Shown here: positions 54,624 through 64,000 of the stretch, in pieces
Layout of the letters: every line of letters starts with the position of its first letter
Numbering within the stretch: the stretch's first letter is position 1
From: the human T2T-CHM13v2.0 reference genome, Homo sapiens
DNA length: 64,000 nucleotides
Reading direction: 5' to 3' (one strand)
Assembly (NCBI RefSeq): GCF_009914755.1
Contig: NC_060927.1
The notes under the pieces: model-generated
Told to the model about the DNA's origin: nothing
The model's input: the letters and a program-made list of their open reading frames with translations, nothing else
Database searches by the model: none
Program-made: the position numbers and the translations under genes

Positions 54624-55745
54624 GGCAACGATGTGCACGAACCCACACCTATTATCAGCTCAAGAAAACAGATTCTTAAGTTTTCAGGAATTTTATGCAT
54701 CACTTTTTAAGCACAGCAATTAAATAAATTAAATTAATTATATACGTTTCCAAGTAAATAAAACATGTTAACAACTAAGTTAATAAATACTCAAAAACTC
54801 ATAAATTTCTAATTATTTTACTACCTGTTCCTATTATCCATACTCCTTAGGTTATTTATATATGTTATTTATGATGTGGAAATACTAGATAATTGTGTTT
54901 TATTTCCCATCTCTTTCTAATTTGGCATGCGATGATGTTACGTTGCTAACTTAAAATTAGTAATGGTGAGAATATTTGCACCATGAAAATGGCACATGCT
55001 AAAAATCAGGCCCGATTTGTGGTTGTGTTAATTATCTAAGTATAAGAGGTGACCAACAGTAGCCCTTGGGCAAAATCCAGCTCACTGCTTGTTTTGGTAC
55101 ATAAAGTTTTATTGGAAGACAGACACACCCATTTGTTTACATTGTCCGTAGATACTTTTAGATTACAAATGCAGAAAGAAGTAATTGTAGCAGAGACTAC
55201 CTATCCTGTAAGGCCTTACTATTTACTATCTGATGTAGAAAAATTTCTCTACTCTTGAGCTCACATAAGAAAGTGGTGGAAAACATATTAATACTGCAGA
55301 TTAAACTTAAAAATGTGCTGCATGTACAGGTGTTACATTGTGAAGACCATAAAATTTGAGAAAATTATTTTAGTATTTGAAAACTATTACCTGATTCAGC
55401 AAATGTTGCTCACACCACTGACAGATATGTAAAGTTCTGACATATCTCTGTTTTGTTATTTTTATTGTATTCAATAACATAAGTAAAAATGTCAACTGAT
55501 ACCTACCTTAGAAATAAACTCATTTGTCAATTTCAAATATAGATTGATTATAGATACAAGAGTTTAGAAAGAATCCACAAAAATATTCTGTGAGAACTAA
55601 TTGGCTACATGAAATTTTCAGTAAAGAATATGGTAAATTGTATAACACATATCCTTCATGTCAGTACCTTTACCATAAACTTAGTTACATATATACATAC
55701 ATTTCTTTTTATTTAGAGAGCAGGTTGTTAACCAGCACACTATTA
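54624..55745. mobile_element. MER63-family (hAT-Blackjack) DNA transposon
   Basis: Motifs TTTTCAGGAATTTT, TAATAAATACTCAAAA, TGCAGATTAAACTTAAAA, TTTGAAAACTATTA, TTCTGTGAGAA..AATTGGCTA and AGAGAGCAGGTTGTTAA.CCAGCACAC match the recalled MER63C/D. Confidence 0.7.
55043..55258 (+). mobile_element. MER58A (hAT-Charlie) nested in MER63
   Basis: GGGCAAAATCCAGCTCACTGCTTGTTTTGGTACATAAAGTTTTATTGGAA..CAC.CCCATTTGTTTACA...TATTTACTATCTG. Confidence 0.75.
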
Positions 55746-55937
55746 CACAACAGTTTCAGAACTAATGAAGTTTTGAAAAAAGGTAAATATGGAAAAGGTT
55801 GTTACATTTAATAAGTACTAGAATACCTGTCATTTGGAAAACTATCAATCAGTTAAAAAATTCTCAGAGCAATTAACTCACATTTTTAATCTATTTTTTC
55901 TTTCATTCATTTAATAGATGTTTAATCAATTACTTGC

Positions 55938-56350
55938 TATATTAGTCTATTCTCACATTGCTATAAATAAATACCCGAGACTGAGTAATTTATAAAGAAA
56001 AATGGTTGGGCTCATGGTTCTGCAGGTTGTAAAGGAAATATAGTGGCTTCTGCTTCTGGGGATTGGAAGCCTCAGGCTTCCAATCGTGGTGGAAGGCAAA
56101 TGGGGAGCAACATCTCTTACTTGGAGGGATAAGAAACAAGAGTGAGGGTGGAGGTGACACACACTTTTAAACTCCCAGATCTTGTGAGAACTCACTCACT
56201 ATCATGAGAATAGCACCAAGTTGATGGTGCTACACTATTCATGAGAAATGCCTTCATAATCCAATCACCTCCCACTAGGCTCCACCTCCAACACTGGGGA
56301 GTACAATTTGATATGAGATTTGGGCAGGGACACAGATCCAAACCATGTTA
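55938..56350 (-). mobile_element. MSTA/MSTB MaLR solo LTR
   Basis: TATATTAGTC...CACAGATCCAAACCATGTTA; 5-bp TSD CTTGC at 55933-55937 and 56351-56355. Confidence 0.88.
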
Positions 56351-57441
56351 CTTGCTATCTACTAAACATGATGCTAAGTGATAGATATACTTTGAAGAAT
56401 TCAGTAGAGACATAGCTTGTATTTTAGAGTTTATAATTTGATATAGAATGCCAATGATACAGGAGTAAATACATAAACAAACATACAGTTACAAAATTAT
56501 ATGAACAGACCATAGAGTCAGTGGATAATAGAGCTGAGGTGGAATTGACCTTTTTGGTCAGTGTATCTGGGAAGGCCTCTCTGAGTAAGTGCTATTTCAG
56601 CTGCAGCAGAGACTCGGGCTAGGGCCATTGTGCCTGGCCAAAGGAAAAGTCTGTACAAACATCCTGAGGATCTAATTTTTTTTTTTAAAAATTATTCTTT
56701 TGCAATAAAAAGGTAACCACTTTCAATTACTTCATTAATTGCAAAAGAAACTACATTTTATATATTATTTGGGATATAGGCAGTTACTTTCCTCTGAAAG
56801 CCTCAAAGTTCATCATGTGTGGAAGTTAATTTCCCAAGTTTCCTTGTAAAACTACTGTGGCATTCTCTGTATGTTTACATATGACCTTCATTAAGGCTAA
56901 GAATTTCTTCATTTAGATTTTGGCTTTATAGAACGCTAATATTGGGTTTCCCAATACTTTATGTCAAAGGGGATAATTCTTTTTCTTTCTTCACTTATGT
57001 GTGCCTGAATCTCTAAGTGATACTTAGGCTCAGCAGGCATTTACACTCTTATCCAATCTGAATTTTTTTCCCTTAATTCATCAGACCTTAAGAGCCAGCA
57101 TATGGCTTGTTCTTTAGTGTCTTAAAAGCACTGGGTAAATTTAGTATTATTGTGGAACTCTACCTTGTGAGAAAAGATTAATTGAGTTTTCTCATCTTCA
57201 TTTATTCTTGTTACCTTTTTTTTTTAACAGAAAGCTAAGTCAGGTATAAGAAGTTGTTCAAGTGATAAAGATTAGAGATAAAAATTATGAATATTTTGAA
57301 GTGTCAACTGAAATCTCACTGTCACTTCCCCCTTTTCTTGCCTGCTTTTATTCCCCCACATTTAAACTTCTTTCATTTTCTTTTCCTGGGCCTTGAAACC
57401 CTTCTTTCCAGTGCAGGCATCTAGAAATTAGTCATGGGATG

Positions 57442-57911
57442 TATGAAAGGAAAATATCTTGGGCCCCCAAATCACTAGGCTAAAGGGAAAAGTCAAGCTA
57501 GGAACTGCTTAGGGCAAACCTGCCTCTCATTCTATTTAAAGTCACTCCTCTGCTCACTGAGATGAGTGCATATCTGGCTGCCTCCTTTGGAGAGGCTAAT
57601 CAGAAACTCAAAAGAATGCAACCATTTGTCTCTTTTCTACTTAGGACCTGGAAGCCCCCTTCCTACTTAGAGTCTTCCCAAACTCTGCTTCGAGTTGTCC
57701 CGCCTTTCTAGACCAAACCAATGTTCATCTTGCATATGCTGATTGATGTCTCATGTCTCCCTAGAATGTATAAAACTAAACTGTGCCCTGACCACCTTGG
57801 GCACATGTTGTCATGACCTGCTGAGTCTGTGTCACAGGTGTGTGTCCTCAACTTTGGCAAAATAAACTTTCTAAATTAACTTAGACTTCTCTCAGATTTT
57901 CAAGGTTCACA
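57442..57911 (+). mobile_element. MER4A/MER4A1 ERV1 solo LTR
   Basis: T.TGAAAGGAAAATATCTTGGGCCCCCAAATCACT...GGCAAAATAAACTTTCTAAATT...GGTTCACA; 4-bp TSD GATG at 57438-57441 and 57912-57915. Confidence 0.85.
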
Positions 57912-58343
57912 GATGTATACAAAAAACTTGGTGGGGGGAGAACCCAAGGAAAAAGTGTCAAATCCTTGGCTTTTAAACTCAAAATCTTCACTTCTTATGC
58001 AAGAAAAAAATATTTACAAAGAATATTTGTTGTCCAGTTCTGAACTCTCCACTCCCGTCAAGAGCTCCTCTGAACTGTGGAGGGGAATAGAAGAAGAGAG
58101 GAAACAAAATGGTTAAACCTGCTTAGGGGTTTGCCTCTATTCTGTACCCAAAGCAGATAAAGGGGGCATTGATTAACAAAAAAATCCCAAGAGAAGTTGG
58201 GATATCCAAAAGCAGAGGAAACCAGTTTTGGGAATTCCTCAGACTCTACTCTTGTAGGTATTTCCTCTGTTGACAAGGGCTTGAGTCCTGATGGCATTTT
58301 GCGGTGTCCAGGATAATAAAGTCCTGATAAAGATTTCAGGTTT

Positions 58344-58648
58344 GGCCGGGCATGGTGGCTTAGGTCTGTAATTTTAGTGCTTTGGGAGGCCAAGGTAAGA
58401 GGATTGCTTGAGGTCAGGAGTTGGAAATCAGCCTGCATGACATAACAAGACCCCCATTTCTAGCAAAATTTAAAAGAATTTTGCTAGACGTGGTGATGTA
58501 CAATTGTAGCCCTAGCTACTCAGAGGGCTGAGCTGGGAGGATAGCTTGAGCCCAGGAGTTTGAGGTTATACTGAGCTAGGATTGTACCACTGCAATCCAG
58601 CCTGGGTGACAGAGAGAGATCCTGTCTTTAAGAACAAAAAAAAAAAAA
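58344..58648 (+). mobile_element. AluJ
   Basis: GGCCGGGCATGGTGGCT start, AluJ right arm (GGGAGGATAGCTTGAGCCCAGGAGTTTGAGG) and polyA. Confidence 0.9.
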
Positions 58649-59084
58649 GAGTTAGGGGTTTTTGGACTCCAGAGAAACATAGAAACATAGCTAAAACTTT
58701 CCAGTGCCTTCAAAGAGGGGGCATAATTGGAAAGAACCAGTAGACTAAACTGATTTCTCAGTTTTGGTTGTTTGATGCTATTGCAGATCACAGAGTAATA
58801 ATACACATGTCAGAGACTGGCAATAGGAATAGATGCAAGAACAGAGGCCAGGAAAGGAAGAAGCCATCTCAACAAATGACCATGTATTTCAGAGGGAAGT
58901 CACAGACAGACATCCTCTCCTGGCCTCCTTCCTCTCCATATAAGCCCCTGAAAAAATTAGGTACCAGGTTGAGAGAAAGAAAAAGGGACATTTTGAATGA
59001 AAAACATTTAAACTTGAAATGAACAAGAATAGCACGGAATGACTAAAATTCTTTTTTCTGTGATCAGATAGGATGGGGCTTACT

Positions 59085-59973
59085 GTTCATTTGTTCAACA
59101 TATTTATTGACCAATTGCTATGAGCCAGCCACTGTTCTGGATACTTGAGACATACTGAGGACAGAAGGCTGTGACCTCATGAATCTTGTATTCTGGCAGG
59201 GCGACACAGGAAAGAGAGTGGGAAAGTTGCAGTATTACATATGAGGGTCAAAATCGGCCTCATTTTGGAGGTAAGATTAAGCAGACTCTTCATAGAGGTG
59301 AGGTGGTTAGCTAATCTGGGATTTGGAGAAAGAGCATTCCAGGTGAGAGGGAACAGGTGGAGTCAAAGCCCTAGGGCAAAAGCACACTAGGCACATTTAA
59401 GGGAAAGAAGACTAGGGGATTAGTAGTAGTAGAAGAGGACACAGAGGTAATGGGGGCGCATCTTTGTGGCTTGCAGCTCATTTGACGGAATTTGGCTGTT
59501 ATTTTGGGTAGAACATAACTGCATCTGAGTGTTAATAAAGGGAGAATGATCTGTTTTGCCTTTGTAAAGGATCATTCTGTCTGCTGCCATGAATGTAAAA
59601 GACCAAGGGGACAAAATGGTTACAATGAGATCAGTTAGGAGGTTATTGCTACAACCCTTGCAAGAGATGATAATAGCTACAGTGTAAGTGAGCAAAGTGG
59701 TCAGATTTTGTTTTTATTTTAAAGGTGGAGACAACACATTTTCCTACGGGACTGGATAAAGGATATGAGAGAAAGGAGAAGTCAAGAGAACTTCAAAGTT
59801 TTCTGTCTGGAGTTACTGAAAGAATGTAGTTGAGATCCCCTGAGATGAGGAAGGTTGGCTGTGGGGCAGGTTGGGGTTGGAGAAAAGATCAGGAGACTAA
59901 TCTTGAGCATGTTAACTTTGGAACATCCAATTGGAAATTAAGAAGTTTTCAGCATAGAGATTTAAAGTCATGG
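59085..59973 (-). mobile_element. L2 3' portion (continues at about 63386-63800)
   Basis: TTCATTTGTTCAACATATTTATTGA..ACTGTTCTGG is the antisense L2 tail. L2 body motifs follow and resume after 63385. Confidence 0.75.
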
Positions 59974-62900
59974 TCCGAACTGAGGGCTGGTTTCCCATTA
60001 ATATGTTTGAATAACCGACCATCTTCCAAATAACAACCATAAGTTCTAGATAAAATACCAAAAGAATGACTCAAAGGCTATGGGAGTTTATAAGCCAGGC
60101 CGATTATGGAGGAAAATTAAAATGTGTAAAAAGCATTGGGCGAGATTCTCATTTTGTAGATTTTATCCTGAACGTCATCTTCAGTAGTTTCTGCAAAGAG
60201 TCTCTAAACTCTAGTGGAAAACCTCAAAGTTTTTTGGCCTGAAGAATTAGAAGACAAAATTTGGGGCAACCACGGATAGTAGAAAGTGAATGGGAAGCAG
60301 AGAGCCGGAAGAGGGAGGCCTAATCTCTGTGAATAAACGCTATCAAGTCTCTGGCTGACACACCATTCATATGTGGGAAAGACTTCGGCTAAGAACAACA
60401 AAAGTGAACTGACATTTGAGCTACCTCTAGAGAGAAAGATTTTGCAGTTTGAGTCCAATTAAATTAACTAATAAAACAAAAATTCCATTCTTTGGAGGAA
60501 TAAAGTAGAATATAGAGTCTCTACAACATAACATTTGCAATGTTCTGAATATAATCTTAACATATGAAAAAATCAGGAAAATGTGACCATTCTCAAGGGA
60601 AATAAGCAGTGGAGGCCAACCCTTAGATGACTCATTGTTGGAATTAGTAGGCAAGGATTTTAAAGTTGCCGTTTTAACTGTGCTTGTATTAGTCTGTTCT
60701 CACGCTGCTAATAAAGACATACCTGAGACTGGGTAACTTATAAAGCAAAGAGGTTTAATTCACACACAGTTCCAGTTGGCTGAGGAGTCCTCACAATCAT
60801 GGTGAAAGGCAAATGAGGAGCAAAGTCATGTCTTACATGTGGCAGGCAAGAAAGCTTGTGCAGGAGAACTCCCCTTTATAAAACCATTCAATCTTGTGAG
60901 ATTTATTCACTATTACTAGAACAACATGGGAAAAACTCACCCCCATGATTCAATTACCTCCCACTTGGTCCCTCCCATGACACATGGGGATTATAAAAAC
61001 TCAAGGTGAGATTTGGATGGGGACACAGAAGAAAACCATATCATTCCACTTCTGGCCCCTCCCAAATCTCATGTCTTCACATTTCAAAACCAATCATGCC
61101 TTCCAATAGTTCCCCAAAGTTTTAACTCATTCCAGAATTAACCCAAAAGTCCATGTCCAAAGTCTCATCTGAGACAAGGCAAGTTTCTTCTGATTTTGAA
61201 CCTGAAAAATCAAAAACAAGTTAGTTACTTCCTAGATACAATGGGGGTATAGGCATTGAGTAAATACAGCTGTTCCAAATGGGAGAAATTAGTGAAAATG
61301 AAGGGGCTGCAGGCCCCATGTAAGTCTGAAATCCAGCAGGACAGTCAAATCTTAAAGCTCCAAAGTGATCTCCTTTGACTCCATGTCTCATATCTAGGTC
61401 ACACTGATGTGAGAGGTGGGCTCCCATGGCTTGGTCAGCTCTGCCACTGTGGCTTTGCAGGGTACAGCCTCCCTCCTTGCTGCTTTCTTGGGCTGGCATT
61501 GAGTGTCTGTTGCTTTTCCAAACCCACAGTGCAAGCTGTTGGTGAATCTACTATTCTGGGGTCTGGAGGATGGTGGCTTTCTTCTCATACCTCCACTGGG
61601 CTGTGCCCCAGTGGGGACTTTGTGTGAGTGTTCCAATACCACATTTCCCTTCTGCACTGCACTAGCAGAGGTTCTCCATGAGGGCTCTGTCCCTGCAGCA
61701 CACCTCTGCCTGGACATCCAGGCATTTCCATACATCCTCTGAAATCTAGGTGGAGGTTCCCAAACCTCAATTCTTGACTTCTGTGCACCTGCAGGCTCAA
61801 CACCATGTGGAACTGCCAAGATTTGGGGCTTGCACCCTCTGAAACCATGGCCTGAGCTGTACCTTGGCCATTTTTAGCCATTACTGGAGCAGTTGGGACA
61901 CAGAGCACCAAGTCCCTAGGCTGCATACAGCAGGGCAGCTGGTGGGGGGGCCTTGGACCCAACCTCAGGAAATTATTTTTCCCTCCTAGGCTTCTAGGCC
62001 TGTGATGGGAGGGGCTACTATGAAGGTCTCTGATATGCCCTGGAGACATTTTCCCCATTGTCTTGGTGATTAACACTGCACTCCTCATTACTTATGCAAA
62101 TTTCTGCAGCCAGCTTAAATTTCTCCTCAGAAAATGCTTTTTTTTTCTGTCATATCATCAGGCTGCAAATTTTCCAAACTTCTATGTTCTGCTTCCTCTT
62201 GAATGTTTGCTGATTAAAAATTTCTCCTGCCAGATACCCCAAATTATCTCTCTCAAATTCAAAGTTCCATATATCTCTAAGGCAGGGGCAAAATGCCACC
62301 AGTCTTTGCTAAAGCACAGCAAGAGTCACCTTTGCTCCAGTTCCCAACAAGTCCATATCACTATCAGCATTTTTGTCAAAGCCATTCAACAAGTCTTTAG
62401 GAAGTTCCAAACTTTCCCACATCTTCCTGTCTTCTGAGCTCGTCTAGTCTCCAGGGAGTTCCAAACTTTCCCACATTTTTCTGTCTTCTTCTGAGCCCTC
62501 CAAACTGTTCCAACTTCTGCCTGCTACCCAGTTCTAAAGTCGCTTCCATAAAACAAAGTCACATCTTGCATGGCAGTAGGCAAGAAAGCATGTGCAGGGG
62601 AACTCCTCTTTATAAAACCATCCGATCTTGTAAGACTTATTTACTATTACAAGAAGAGCATGAGAAAAACCCACCCTCATGATTCAGTTACTTCCCTTGG
62701 GTCCCTCCCACAACATGTGGGGATTATTACAACTCAAGGTGAGATTTGGAGCTAAACCATATCAGTGCTCAATGAGGAAAACTAAAGATGCCTATAATGG
62801 ATGAATATATAGAAATTCTCAACAGAAAAACAGAAAACATAAAAAAGAACCAAATGAAATTTCTGTAACTAAGAAACACAGCATCTGAATTAAAGAATTC

Positions 62901-63385
62901 AATGGGTAGGCTTAACAGTAGCATGGAGATAAATAGGAAAGAGTCAGTGTACTTTAAGAAAGATCAAAAGAAATTATCCAATCTGGGAAAGCTAGAAAAA
63001 AAAGATTCAGAAATTTGAACAGAAATTTAAGAATCTAACATTAAAAGGTCCAACACAACTGTAATTGGAGTCCAGAAGAGCAGAAAGAGAATGAGCCAGA
63101 AAAATTAGTTGAAATAAAAACATTTCTCTGATTTGGTGAAAGACTCAATATTATAGATTCAAAGACCTAAGCAAACGCAGATCAAGGTAAACATAATGCA
63201 AACTATGCCTGATCTCATTATAGTCAAACTTTTGAAAACCAAAGGTAAAGAGAAAATCTTGAAAGCAGCAAGAGAAAAGTGACTCATTACCTACAGGGAA
63301 ACAATGATTCACAAAGCCACTGACTTCTAATTAGAAACCATAGACACCCGAAGATTTTGGAATAATGTCTTTAAAGTGCTAACAT
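59974..63385 (+). mobile_element. Ancient L1M 5'/ORF1 fragment interrupted by THE1C
   Basis: A-rich ORF1-type sequence (AAAAAGAACCAAATGAAATTTCT; AAAGAGAAAATCTTGAAAGCAGCAAGAGAAAA; CTTTAAAGTGCT), flanked by AAGTCATGG direct repeats. Confidence 0.65.
60685..62764 (-). mobile_element. THE1C provirus: 3' LTR 60685-61043, internal about 61044-62547, partially deleted 5' LTR about 62548-62764
   Basis: THE1C-type LTR sequence at both ends with THE1-int sequence between; perfect 5-bp TSD GTGCT at 60680-60684 and 62765-62769. Confidence 0.92.
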
Positions 63386-64000
63386 AAGTCATGGAACGAG
63401 GTAAGATCACTAAGGGAGGAGATAGAGAAGAACTGAGTAATTATATAGATGTGATCAGAGAGAAAAGAAAGACCAAGAATGGGAGGTGTCCTGGAAAATG
63501 TATCTAAAAGGAGAGAATGATCAAATGTGTCAAATGCTGCTATTGGACCAAGGGCAGAACACTGACCATTGGATTGAGCAATGCAGAAGTAAATAATAAT
63601 TGCGGCAGGAACAGTTTTGGTGGAATGGCTTAAAGCTTGGTTGCAGTGAGTTTAGGAGAAAATGAGAAAAAAAATTGGAAATAATAAGTAAAGGCAACTC
63701 AAAGAATTTTACTTTGCATAGGGAGAAATGAAATGGAGTACTAGTCAATGTAGAGGTAGGATCAAGAGAAGATTTTGTTTTGTTAGCATGCTAATTAGCA
63801 TAATCCAGTAAACAGCAAGACAAAAGTGAAAATACAGGATAAAAAGGGAGAATTACCCAGTTTATCAGGTCTGCAGAAGAAAAGAAAACAGCCAGTTGAA
63901 ATAGAATAAAAAAATTGTACACAAAAATATGTAATTTGAATTATCATTTCCCCTCTATATTGCACAAAGTCCTTTGCTTCCTAGCCTTTACTATTTACAA

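Noticed and set aside
61221-62437. Cluster of 70-170 aa ORFs
   Set aside because: They lie in the THE1 internal region and are broken remnants of the MaLR ORF or antisense noise.
62392-62500. About 55-bp tandem duplication in THE1-int
   Set aside because: I recall this duplication in THE1C/D internal sequences, so it is probably inherited rather than locus-specific.

Overview
This is AT-rich primate (hominoid) intergenic or intronic DNA. It is not microbial: there is no CRISPR array, operon, rRNA/tRNA, CpG island or intact protein-coding gene. The window is a layered record of transposition. It holds a complete but inactivated processed pseudogene of ABCF2 (43042-45540, 18-bp TSD) inserted in an old L1MB, and a full-length SVA_A with a heptamer head and very short VNTR. 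It also holds 11 Alus, several L1s (two with tiny twin-priming inversions, one of them young), a THE1C provirus, solo LTRs (MER65, MER61, MER4, THE1D, MST, MLT1F, LTR16), DNA transposons (MER20, MER44, MER63 with nested MER58) and L2/MIR relics. I found no well-supported new biological system. The best lead is a stretch of about 650 bp on the minus strand (41190-41843). One continuous reading frame there shows correctly spaced, degenerate non-LTR reverse-transcriptase motifs that look I/Nimb/RTE-X-like rather than L1-like. A second lead is an unusually well-preserved amniote CORE-SINE tail (about 36500-36632). Repeat subfamily names come from my memory of consensus sequences and need RepeatMasker/Dfam confirmation.
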